64,000 bases of DNA. Source: Octopus sinensis (taxonomy: Eukaryota). Position numbers and translations under genes: made by a program. The DNA lies in NCBI RefSeq assembly GCF_006345805.1, contig NC_043002.1:2976001-3040000 (forward strand), written 5' to 3'. Positions 12,827 through 24,655 of the stretch are shown piece by piece. Numbering within the stretch: the first letter of the stretch is position 1; each line of letters opens with the position of its first letter. The notes beneath the pieces were generated by a model, which was not told where the DNA came from, ran no database searches, and saw only the letters and a program-made list of their open reading frames with translations.

Positions 12827-13021
12827 CCATGCTGGTGCCACATTAAAAGCACCCAGTACCCTTGTAAGTGGTTGGCACTCAAAAGATCCTCCAGCCACAG
12901 AAACCATGCCAAAACAGACGACTGGGGCATGGTGCAGCCCTCCAGATGGCCACCTCCGGTCAAACTATCCAGCCCATGTCAGCATGGACAACAGGCGTTA
13001 AATGACAATGATGATGATGAT
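12827..13021 (+). mobile_element. Family D retroposon, degenerate
   Basis: aaagcaccc...ccagcccatgtcagcatggacaacaggcgttaaatgac(gat)n. Confidence 0.7.
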
Positions 13022-14005
13022 CTACCAACATTGACATTCCATATTCTGGTGATGCTATGACTGATGTATAAAATAATCATTTCCTGGTAACTGGTCTTTC
13101 GGCAGAAAAAGTGTGTTTAATCTTGCAGAAGCCGAGGGGAGGGGCATTGAGAAAGTGCTAAAAGGAAAGCACTGATGATTAAAATAGTTTGTGACACACT
13201 GATCTAAAATAATTGTGATAGCCTTAACTGCAGATTTTTATATCACTGAACCATAAAACTTGTGTGCAAAGTAAAATTTCTATTCATACACAAACGTATA
13301 TTATATAAAGACACACACACACACATACACACACACACACTCATAGTGAAGAGTAAGAGGAGTGACACTTAATTAAAAAGATCTGGCAAGCTTCCATAGA
13401 ATTTCCATCAACCTGATTTCACCCACAAGATTTGGATTAAATTGAGACCATGCCAGAAATACTTGCCTAAGGCACGGGGAGCACTTTATGGCTGTCGAGA
13501 TAGAGGAAGGGCCTTGTAGCTGTGACAACACAAAGACACCGTGGCTGTGAATCTTATCTGACCATATCTACACCTGTATACATCACCCAGACTTGCACAC
13601 ACCAAGCCAACAAGGAACTGTACATGGTCACTCAACTTGCTAGAAATAACAGTCAAGTTCCTTCAACTCTCACATCCTACTAACTTAAAGTAAAATAAAA
13701 CTGTAGGATGTGGTCCCTAAACATACAAAATGGGGATAGTCACAGATGGAACATTGCTGATGACAGACCTGTTTGATAAGGGCTGACCTAGGGCTGAACT
13801 AAAACCTGCCTACATACATACACGCACACAGGAAGAAGTCATCAAGAGAAGAAAACAAACTAGTTGACATTATGTTATGCAGAAACCAATGTGAAAGAAA
13901 ACCAATGACAACAACATCTACAAAAATATTAAACTGGAGAAGCAGCACAAACTAACTGATACAGGTGGGTGAGATGGAGTTAAAAATTGATGGATTTATC
14001 TTTGC

Positions 14006-14176
14006 ATAAAAGCACCCACTACACTCTCGGAGTGGTTGGCATTAAGAAGGGCATCCAGCTGTAGAAACTCTGCCAGATCAGATTGGAGTCTGGTGCAGCC
14101 ATCTGGTTCGCCAGACCTCAGTCAATCGTCCAACTCATGCTAGCATGGAAAGCAAACATTAAATGATGATGATGAT
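14006..14176 (+). mobile_element. Family D retroposon 3' part
   Basis: aaaagcacccactacactctcggagtggttggc...(gat)n. Confidence 0.85.
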
Positions 14177-14284
14177 AGAAAAATTATTCTTCAATCTTTT
14201 GTGAATAAAATGAAATGAAGAGACTTTATAACTTGAAACCAGATTCCAGCATGCGAAGTATTCAAACAGAATAAAAAAGATTAA

Positions 14285-14506
14285 CCCTTTCATTACCAAC
14301 CCGGCTGAAACCGGCTCTGTCTCTGAGTACAAATGTCTTGTTTTCATAAGTTCTGAATTAAAAATCGTCCACCAAATCTTAGTCACAATTTATGTTCCTA
14401 ACAATAGCTTCATGATAATTAAGTTGTTTTACTAAATTCTTTGTTATATTTAAAATTGATTGAAAGAAACACAGAGCATCTCAACAGAAATGGGGTAAAG
14501 AAAGGG
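14285..14506. mobile_element. Second copy of the 222-bp TTAA MITE
   Basis: TTAA-CCCTTT...AAAGGG-TGAA; reverse-complement homolog of 5744-5965. Confidence 0.8.
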
Positions 14507-14704
14507 TGAAGTGACTTCCCATTCTTTAACTCTAGCATTTTAGGTCATTCTATCAAATGTAATCCCTTATTTATTCACATTGTTTAGAATCTTGTTTTAT
14601 CTCATAGCTTCAATGTTTCAATCATTATTTTTAGAATGACATTGTAGGGTAGGTGTGAGAGGCCTGATCTGGCTGGTTTGAACATAACTGCCTTTACTGT
14701 AGTC

Positions 14705-14952
14705 TCAGGCAAAAACCTTGTCAATGCATTTGGTAGATGGAAACTGAAAGAATCCCTTCCTGCATGTGCATATGTTTCTTTGTCCCCCCACCACCACTTG
14801 ACAACCAGAGTTGGTGGGTTTATATCCTCATAACTTAGCCACGTGGCAAAAGAGACCAATAAAATAAGTACCAAGATTTAAAAAAAGACTAAATATTCTT
14901 CAAAGCGGTGCCCCAGCATGGCCACATTCAAAGGAATGAAACAAGTAAAAGA
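14705..14952 (+). mobile_element. Family B SINE, 5'-truncated
   Basis: atttggtagatggaaactgaaag...gcggtgccccagcatggccac...gaaacaagtaaaag. Confidence 0.75.
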
Positions 14953-15667
14953 AAGGTACACAAAAGATAGACTGGTTTCCGAAAACACCTGGAACTTCTT
15001 ACAAAAAATCTGTTGTGGAATCTCTTCTCTCTCACAACTATTCATTCCAAGTAAAAAAGTAAAATTCCTTCAATTCTGCCGCATAAACTGAGTTGTTATT
15101 TTAATTAGGCTTATTCGTTTTTAGGTGAATATATGAGTGGAGAATAGTTTTACGTCTGGATGCCTTTCCAGTCACTAAGCCTTACCTGTTCTTTTTTTTT
15201 TTTTTTTTTTTGCTTTTTTTCAAGAGAGGGACCTCTTATTCAACACAGCTTCAAAAGGCGCAATGCAAGTGGATGATTTATTGGCACAAGTGACTACATC
15301 ACTGCCCATAGGTTGCAGATTTTCATAGAAGCACAAATGTTCACAGAGAAACAGGATCTCTCACATATACACACACTTTATTTGGAGGCCAGCAAGGCTG
15401 CCAATGCTTTCATGCAAAGAGGGGTCTCTTTACAATTTTCAAGCCTGCCACATGGGAACGTTGATATTCATCTCCATTTTGGATGAGAATACAAAATGGA
15501 GACAAGTACCAATGTTCCCATGATACAGGCCTTGAAAGATTGTAGAGATCCTGCTTTACATGAAACCATTGGTAATCTTGGTAACCAGCAAATAATATTT
15601 ATCCACCAATGCAGTGTTGAGCACTCATTCTCACTGTTCAATATCTGTGTGAGTATGTGTGTGTAGG

Positions 15668-15800
15668 GGGCTTCTTTCAGTTTCCACATACATGGTTTTC
15701 GTCAGCCCAAAGCTAAAGAAGACACTTGTTCAAGGTGCCACACAGTGGGACTGAACCTGACACTGTGCAATTGGGAAGCAACCTTCTTAATCATACAAGC
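15668..15800 (-). mobile_element. Family B SINE, 5' half
   Basis: ggcttctttcagtttcc...cagtgggactgaacc. Confidence 0.7.
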
Positions 15801-16083
15801 CTGCATATACCTACAACACACACACACACAATATTTTTCTCATATACACAATACAGGGCCATTTAAGAAGCCGGTTTCAGCCTTCCTTTCCAACTTGTGC
15901 CATGATTCTTCTTCACCGTTCTTGATGGAACACTGGAATCAGAACCAACAAAATATGCAATGGCTTTTCAGTCTCACAGGATTCAATTTCAGCTGAAAAG
16001 TTTGGAAATGACTTTCTGTTCTTTTATTTATCCGCCCTCCCCCAAACCCTCACAACCTTCACTGCCATTGTCCAAATTGTCCT

Positions 16084-16385
16084 CATTATCATTTAACGTC
16101 CATTGTCCATGCTGGCATGGGTTGGACAGTTTGACTGGGCTGGCACACTAGAAGGTTGCAACCAGGATCCAGTCCAATTTGGCATGGTTTTCTACGGCTG
16201 GATGCTCTTCCTGATGCCAACCATTCCAAGAATGTAATGAGTACTTTTACGTGCCACCAGCACGGGTGCCATTTGCATGACACCGCTATCTGCCATGACT
16301 GCAATTTTGCTTGGCCTGATGGGTCTTCTTAAGCACGACATAATGCCAAAGGTCTTGGTCACCTTCTCTGTGAGGCCCAAGACTT
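16084..16385 (-). mobile_element. Family D retroposon
   Basis: catttaacgtccattgtccatgctggcatgggttggac...gtgccaccagcacggg. Confidence 0.8.
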
Positions 16386-16900
16386 GAAAGGAGCTTGGCC
16401 ACTTTGCCTCCATGAGGCCCAACGCACAAAAGGAACTCAGACACCTCGCCTCCATGAGGCCCACTCTTCTAGATCAAAAAGTGAAACATGGTCTCAAAGA
16501 GCACTACATGTTCAACTTATACCATTTTATATATACATATACAAATGTGTGTGTGAGTGTACACACACACATACAAACATACATATATATTTGCTGCATT
16601 CAAATAAAAACAATCACTAAATGTGAAGATCATTAAATTTCACATCAAGCATTGCAAAGGTTTAGAACATCACAGAAAGAAGAGAAATAAAGGATTTCAT
16701 AAATATCTTTCTTTTTTTTGTCTTTCATCTTCTTTTGTTCCAATCACTGCAGCAACCAAATCAATCTTCGTATTTATTTTCCCTTTTAAGTCTCCATACG
16801 TATTCTATACCTTTTTCGTCAAACGACTAGGTTACAAGGATGTAAACAAACCAAGACCAGTTGTAGGGTACTGGGAGCAACAAACAAACACTACACATAT

Positions 16901-17069
16901 TCTTTTATTTGTTTCAGTCATTTGACTGCAACCATGCTGGAGCACTGCCTTTATTCTCTGTGAGCCTAGTACTTATTCTATCAGTCACTTTTGCTGAAAC
17001 GCTACATAAACACACCAACACCGGTTGTCAAGTGATGGTGGTGGGGACAAACACAAACACACAAATACA

Positions 17070-17133
<64 letters not shown>

Positions 17134-17289
17134 GACGGGCTTCTTTCAGTTTCCATCAACCAAATCCACTCACAAGGCGTTGGTCGGCCCGAGGTTATAT
17201 TAGAAGACACTTGCCCAAGGTGCCACGCAGTGGGACTGAACCTAGAACAATGTAGCTGAGAAGCAAGCTTCTTACCACACAGCCACCCC

Positions 17290-17292
<3 letters not shown>
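16901..17292 (-). mobile_element. Family B SINE, full length with internal (TA)n
   Basis: Tail cttttatttgtttcagtcatttgactgc, internal (TA)n, head cttcttaccacacagccac. Confidence 0.85.
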
Positions 17293-17334
<42 letters not shown>

Positions 17335-17363
17335 ACATAGAACATATCCACCCAAATGATGTA

Positions 17364-17397
<34 letters not shown>

Positions 17398-17725
17398 ACA
17401 GGAAGCTTCTACACAGTTTCTGCTAAGCAAATATTCACTGGCGAGGCATTGGTCAAACCTGGGGCCACCAAAACCATGTGACTGAACTAATGAACTGCCA
17501 CAAATATTAAGAATTTAAATGAAATATGAACATGTAAACCTGGGTAGTTTGGTCACATGGGCCATATGGGCCACATGTGGTTCCAGGTGTTCTGCTTTTA
17601 ACTATTTGAGCAACAAAAAGCTTTAGAATAACTCCAACCCCCACCCCGCCCCTAAGTGAAGAATCACGGAGGTTCTTTAAGCATTATTGTTATTATCATT
17701 ATTATTATCGTTATTATTATTATTA

Positions 17726-17930
17726 AGGTGGTGAGCAGGCAGGATCATTAGCACACTGGGGAAAATGCTCAATGGTATTTTGTCTGTCCTTACATTCTGA
17801 GTTCAACTCCCACTGAGGCTGACTTTGCCTTTCATCCTTTAGGGGCCAATAAGTACCAGTCAAGCACTGGGGATTAATGTAATCAATTTGTCCCCTCCTC
17901 CAAAATTTCAGGTCTTGTGCCTATAGTAGA

Positions 17931-17962
<32 letters not shown>

Positions 17963-18395
17963 GGGGGTGAGCTGGCAGAATTGTTAGCATGCCAGGCAAA
18001 ATGCTTAGCAGTATTGTCTACTGCTCTGTTCTGAGTTCAAATTCCACTAAGGTCAACTTTACCTATCATCCTTTCGAGATCGATAAATTAAGTACCAGTT
18101 ATACACTGGGGATCAATGTAATTAAATTTATCCCTGCCCCCAAATTTGAGGCCTTGTGCTTCCAGTAGAAAGGATTATTATTATTGAGGAAAGCTGGTAG
18201 AGTGATTAGCATACCAGACAAAATGTCAAACAGTATTTCGACCATCTTTGTGTGATTATGTTCTTAGTTCAAATGCTGCCAAGATTAACTTTGCCTTTCA
18301 TCCTTTTTAGGTCAAAAAAGTTAAGTATTGGTCAAGTACTGGAGTGGATGCAATCAACCAAGCCCCGTTCAGGCCTTGTACCTGCTGTAGAAAGA
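17726..18395 (+). mobile_element. Three head-to-tail family A SINE copies (starts near 17726, 17962, 18186) separated by (ATT)n
   Basis: Each has gttc(t)gagttcaa...tttgcctttcatccttt...aagta(c/t)cag. Confidence 0.8.
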
Positions 18396-18474
18396 ATTAT
18401 ATTACAGTTCTATATTTAAGAGATGAGGAATTATTTACATTTGACGGATATTTGTCCTCATTTTGTTTGTTATT

Positions 18475-18520
18475 AACACAACATTTCGGCTGATATACCC
18501 TCCAGCCTTCATCAGGTGTC
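18475..18520 (-). ncRNA. Minimal hammerhead motif (left arm, same strand as ADAR2)
   Basis: Exact reverse complement of 18801-18846. Confidence 0.6.
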
Positions 18521-18800
18521 TTGGAGAAATTTCAAACCTGGGTTCTCATTCCTAAGGTATTTTTCAATGTTATTATTATTATTATTCAGGTCACTGCCTG
18601 GAATTGAACTCGGAATCTTGGGGTTAGTAGCCGGCGCTCTTAACCACTACACCCACGGGTATATGGCATAGTGGTTAAGAGCACAGGCAACTAACCCCAA
18701 GATTCCGAGTTCGATTCCAGGCATTGACCTGAATAATAATAATAATAACAACATTGAAAAATACCTTAGGAATGAGAACCCAGGTTTGAAATTTCTCCAA

Positions 18801-18846
18801 GACACCTGATGAAGGCTGGAGGGTATATCAGCCGAAATGTTGTGTT
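18801..18846 (+). ncRNA. Minimal hammerhead motif (right arm)
   Basis: GACAC-CTGATGA-A-GGCTG(gagggtatat)CAGCC-GAA-ATGT-T-GTGTT. Confidence 0.6.
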
Positions 18847-18923
18847 AATAACAAACAAAATGAGGACAAATATCCGTCAAATGTAAATAATGTAAGAATT
18901 ATATTGTTATCACATTATTATCC

Positions 18924-19222
18924 TCATCATCATTTAACATCCGCCTTCCATACTGGCCTGGGTTGGATGGTTTGACAGGAACTGGCCTGGCAGAAGACTG
19001 CACCAGACTTCTCTGTCTGCTTTGATATGGTTTTTATGGCTGGATGCCCTTCCTAACACCAACCACCCAGCACAGTGGACAGTGCTTTTTACATGGCACA
19101 AACACAGGTGAGGTCAGTTTTGGGCATGGTTTTTACAGCTGGATGCCCTTCCAAATGCCAACCACTTTACAGTGTGGCCTGAATGCTTTTTATGTTGCAC
19201 CAGTACCGGTAAGGTCACCAAA
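18924..19222 (-). mobile_element. Family D retroposon
   Basis: catcatcatttaacatccgccttcc...ggatgcccttcc (present twice). Confidence 0.75.
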
Positions 19223-19254
19223 TAACATTATTATTATTATTATTATTATTATTA

Positions 19255-19465
19255 AGGCAGCAAGCTGGCAGAACTGTTAGCATGCCAGGCAAAATGCTTA
19301 GCAGCAATGTGTCCATCTTTATGTTCTGAGTTCAAATTCTGCCTAAGTCAACTTTGCCTTTCATCCTTTCAGGGTCAATAAACTAAGTACCAGTGAAACA
19401 CTGGGGTCAATGTAATCATCCCCTCCCCCCAAAATTGCTGCCCTGGTGACAAAATTTGAAACCAT
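19255..19465 (+). mobile_element. Family A SINE
   Basis: ggcagcaagctggcagaactgttagc...aagtaccagtg, flanked by (ATT)n. Confidence 0.8.
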
Positions 19466-20117
19466 TGTTATTATTGTTATTATTATTATTATTATTATGA
19501 ATAATGTCGATATTTGGGGGAAGGGATAAATTTATAACAGAAACATTTCCAAATACTGAATAAACTGACAATATTAAATCTTAAAACTTTGATTAGTCTC
19601 AATCTGTAGAAGAAGACACTTGCCTAAAGTGCCATGGAGTGGGACTGAACCAGGAACCAAATGGTTGAAAAGGTGGGTTGTGTAATGTCAAGTGATTAAA
19701 CACAGTAGCTAAACCTTCTTCCACCATCCAGTACCTGCCCATCTTTAAAATCTGAAACACATATCTAAAGCCTTATAACCACAGCTAAAGAAACTAAAAA
19801 AAAAAAAAAAACCCACTCGATTCAGTGGAAGGTTCTAATTGATCTAATTAAGAGAGCTTTCATCTGGTCGCTCAACCTCATTAAAACAAAAAAACTAAAT
19901 CTCCCACAAAGAACCATCAATCATATTTAACAAACAAAAAAAAAAAAGACACAGGGAACTGTGCCTCCCTCTGCAATATAAAATGCAATATAAAATGGTA
20001 CAATTTTATACAATTTTACAAGTTTGGCTGATTTTGATGAGGGATCGTTAAGAAATGACATGTGACTTAACAACAACAATATTGATTAAGCATTAAGGCC
20101 AGTTCAATATCATTACA

Positions 20118-21310
20118 CAGTGCCATGTAAAAAAGGGGCCAGTACACATTGTAAAGCGGGTGGCATTAGCAAGAGCACCCAGCTGTAGAACCCTTGCCAA
20201 AACGGACAACAGAAGCTTGGCCAGCAACTGTCAAACCACCCACAACCCATACCAACATGGAAAACAGATATTATTAAGTGATGGTCATGATGGTGGTGAT
20301 GATAAAAGAATTTTCCTTGAAATAAGGGGGGAGGGGGAAATCGGGATCTTATTTCAGTCGGATATTTGAGATCAGTACAACATCTTGAGACAGAAAACAA
20401 TAAAATGATTGTAAGCGTGGGAAATGAAGATAGTGGTGCCAAACAAACAGATTTCCATTTCTTTCTTTTACCATTTATAGAAGCAATTAACTGATGTGTC
20501 TAAGAAGCCAAAAGCTCCATGACAAATGGAGAATCCTGAATAAGAATATAATCCTTGCCATTCCAAATAAAATTCACAAACACATTGCAAAACCCACCAA
20601 ATATCGCAAATTGCACCACCCAAAGCTGAGGAGTGGAACCTAAGTTTCCATGGGCAAACTCTTTTGACCAATCAAAATCTTTGTGCAAAAGCATGGCTGT
20701 GTGGTAAGGTGTGTGTGTGTGTGGTAAGGTGTGTGTGTGTGGTAAGGTGTGTGTGTGTGTGGTAAGGTGTGTGTATCATCATCATTTAACATCTATCTTC
20801 CATGCTGGCATAAGTTGATCAGTTCAACCAGGCTGGCACAGCTGGAAGCCTGCACCAGGCTCCAGTCTGATTTGGCGGGGTTTTCTACAAATGGATGCCC
20901 TTCCTAATGCCAACCACTCCAAGAGTGTAATGGGTGCGTTTATGTACCACCGGCACGGGTGCCATTTGCATGATACCAGGGTGCATTTACGTGACACCAG
21001 CATGGGTGCTAGTTTGTGTGACACTGGTATCTGCCACGACTGCAATATTACTTGGCTTCATGGATCGTCTCAAGCAGGACATAATGCCAAAAGTGTTAAT
21101 CATTGCCTCTGTGAGGCCCAACACTCGAAAGAAACACAGCCACTTTGCCTCATATATATAAATATATGATGATGGTGGTCATCATTTAACATCCGTTTTC
21201 CATGCTGGCATGGGTTGGATGGACACTTTGACAGAAGCTAGCAAGCTAGCGACCACACTAGGCTCCATTGTCTGTCTTGGCATGGTTTCTAGGGCTGGAT
21301 GCTTTTCCTA

Positions 21311-21349
<39 letters not shown>

Positions 21350-21979
21350 ACACACACACACATACATACACACCTAACCAGTGTTGGCAATTTTACATTC
21401 ATATAACTTAGTGGTTCAACGAAAGAGATCAACGGAATAGGTACCAGGCTTTAAAAAAAGTACTGCAGTCAATTTGTTGGACTAAAATTCTTCGAGGCAT
21501 TCCCCCAGTATGGCCACAGTTTAATAACTGAAACAAGTAAAAAGATGATCTGATCATCTCAGATTTTTTAAATTCCATTCTCTCACACAGAAATACCATT
21601 CTTTCAACAAGCAACATCCAACCAGATTTTAAAGCAAAGCATTCAAAGTAAATGGTTTGGAATCTCCCCTACCACAGACAATATGCTCTAACAACTGAAA
21701 CTCCATCACCAAATGAGAAAAAGTAGGAATGGTAAAATGAACAATAATCAAACATAAAAAGCACCATTTGAGTGTGGCTGTTGCCAGTACCACCTGACTG
21801 GCCCTTGTGCCAGTGGCACGTAGAAGCACCCACTGCACTCTCGGAGTGGTTGGCGTTAGGAAGGGCATCCAACTGTAGAAACTCTGCCAGATCAGATTGG
21901 AATCTGGTTCGCCAGACCTCAGTCAAATCGTCCAACCCATGCTAGCATGAAAAGCGGACGTTAAACGATGATGATGATG
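20118..21979. mobile_element. Cluster of family D copies in alternating orientation (20118-20303 +, 20776-21130 -, 21180-21312 -, 21754-21979 +) plus a family B tail (21372-21544 +)
   Basis: Shared diagnostic motifs as in the other copies. Confidence 0.75.
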
Positions 21980-23307
21980 GCGAATCAAACAATGAAAACT
22001 TTCCCATGTAAGAACTAGCAACGTCTCCAAGATAGAAATACAGAAGAAATCCAATGCAAAACTATTCCCGAAGATACTCTGAAAAGAATAAATTCCTACC
22101 GAAAGGTAAAAAAGTTAGACAGACACCTCAAGGAATTCTATATTATTACAGATCTTAAGAAAAAGTATTATTAAACCAGAGTAATTAATTTTCAAAGCAT
22201 TGTTCTGCTGTTAATTTCTTTGTGAATGCATTACCAACGCTGACAAGACGTAGGTTAAACTATAAAGAGTTTCTGGCTAATCAGTTCCACAAAAATTGGT
22301 TTCAGATTCTGTTGGATAGCTTGGCTGAGATTCAGCTGAATAAACAGATGGGGAACTCATCCATTGTAGAACTGGCTTCAGCACAGCGAAATGTTATTTA
22401 GTGCAAGACAGACAGACAGACTGTGTGTGTGTGCTAGAGAGAGACACAGAATGAAAGAAAGGAACTGTGTGTGTGTATGAGAGAGAGAGAGTGTGTGCAT
22501 GTGGGAAAGAATGAGAGTGTGTGTGTGCGCGCGAGAAAGAATGAGTGTATGTGAGAGAGAGAGAGAGAGAAAGAATGAGTGTGTGTGTGTGTGTACTAGA
22601 ACAGGCAGGCAGACAGACAATAGACAGAAAGAGGGAGAGAGAGTGTGAATGAGAAGAGAATCTGGTGTGTTCTTTAAGTGGGAAAATGCCAAGAAACTCA
22701 TCTCAGACAGGTAAACAATATTCCTTAACTGAAATTGCTGACATCTATATTTCGTGTGTCCGATAAACAAATTAATTGCTCCATAAATTAATTGACAAAT
22801 TCTGAAGATAAACTGGAAAACTAATAACATTAACTTCAAGTGAAATAAAGGTGATGGGGTGATGGGGGAGGTACTTGGTAATAAAAACACTCTAAAAGCA
22901 TTTTGAAAATAAATTATAACCCCCAAACACTGTGTGTGAGAGAGAGAGAGCGAAAAAGAGAGAGAGAGAGAAAAAAAAAAGAGAGAGAGAGAGAGAAAGA
23001 GAGAGAGCTAACAGTTATGGCTATTTTTCTTAATTATAAAAGAAAAAATGCCCAATTCTACCAGAGCTATTTTTCTTAGTATATAATAAGTAAATGTCAG
23101 TAAGCCCAGTATTTTGCCATATTTTGGCAAAGTATCCCATGTAGAAACCAACTTTTTGCCATTTTTTGTAAAAAAAAAAAAAAATAGTACCAAAACCTAT
23201 TGGCAGCATTAGATAAACACACTTAGAGAACTTGATATCACGTTTGGTATTTGCCAGGGAGTTAAATATAATCAGATGTAACATGGCCCTGTGGGTAAGA
23301 AAGTTAG

Positions 23308-23680
23308 GTGTGGGTGTGGTTGAGTGGTAAAAAGCTTGCTTCCCAACCATATGGTCCCGGTTTCAATACCACTTTGGGCAAGTGTCTTCTACTATAGCCT
23401 TGGGCCAACAACAGCCTTGTGAGTGCATTTGGTAGACAGAAGCTGAAAAAAGCCCGTTGTGTATTGTGTGTGTGTGTTAATGCACATTTGACCCCCACCA
23501 CCAATTTATAGCCAGTATTGGAGTGTTTACATCCCCATAACTTAGTTGACCAAAACAAAACTGACAGTACGAGGCTTTAAAAAAGAAAGAGAGCTGGGGT
23601 CAATTCGTTCAACTAAAAATCTTTTAAGATAGTGCCCCAGCATGACCACATCAACTGAGTGAAACAAGTAGAAGATAAAA
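23308..23680 (+). mobile_element. Family B SINE, full length
   Basis: aagcttgcttcccaaccatatgg...gtgccccagcatgaccac...gaaacaagtagaag. Confidence 0.8.
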
Positions 23681-24610
23681 GATAACAGACTGAGGAATCC
23701 TACAACAGAGAACCCTTGCAATTGCAGAAATCAAAAGATTCCAGTGATGTGGGGGGGGGGGGGTTTGCCTATGCCTCTTGTGTCTCCCCATCCAATGTGG
23801 CCCCTGAATTTGGAAAGCTATTCAGTCTTATTCCCTCAATGGTGAGTAAGAAATAATATTATTGATTATCACCAACAACTTCTTAATTCTTATCAATACG
23901 TTTCAGAGAAAATACTGAGAAATGGAGAGAAGAATAAAAATTCTGAAAGTTTTCGTTGGGGGGGGGGGGGGAAGAGAAAAAAAAAAAAAAAGAGAGAACT
24001 AAATGGTTTAATCAAAATCAAATATGGTTTTATTGTAAATATTCCTGTTGTACATCTCCAAGAATCTTGAAGTTAGATTTTTTTTTTTTTTTTAGGAATT
24101 CGTTAGGAATTTTAACAGGCATCAGCAGAATTATATTTATTCGTTTATTTTAATTACTCCCACCCACACAATAATTATCAAATGTAATTAAATAGTCTAA
24201 AGTTGGCCGAAATATTTTTACCCCAAGTTCTGTTGCTGTTGTTGTTGTTGGCGGTGGTGATGTTCCCCCTCCGTCCCCCACATAATTAAGTTTATAAATA
24301 AGTCATTTTTAATTAAGCAGTGTTTGTTGCAAATTGGACAGTCTAAGCACAAATTTGAGTGTTTTGTGCTTATCTTGCAAAAGTTTTTGTTCTTGTTTTT
24401 TTTCTAAGAGGATAAATAAATAAATAAATAAAACATAACATTCCATTAGTGAAGCACCTGTTTGACAGGTGCAAATGGGAAGATGTTGATTATAGGAGAT
24501 TCCCTGTCATCGTCCCTAACAACCAATCAATTCACTGATGAGTAAATGTGAGGTATTATCTCGAGAGATGGGTTTGTGTGCTTGTTTTTCCCCCAGTCTT
24601 TCTTTTTTGG

Positions 24611-24655
<45 letters not shown>

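Larger units (their letters stand above)
18431..18890. mobile_element. Head-to-head palindromic dimer of the tRNA-headed hammerhead element
   Basis: Left arm 18431 to about 18650 is the reverse complement of right arm about 18668-18890, with a short central loop. Each arm has A/B boxes, (AAT)n and a hammerhead motif. Confidence 0.9.

Noticed and set aside
18664-18730. Functional tRNA gene
   Set aside because: The T-stem and acceptor stem do not pair properly; it is a tRNA-derived head of a repeat.
24535-24566. CTGATGAG...CTCGAGA hammerhead-like string
   Set aside because: GAAA core is GAGA and no stem I or III pairing is present.
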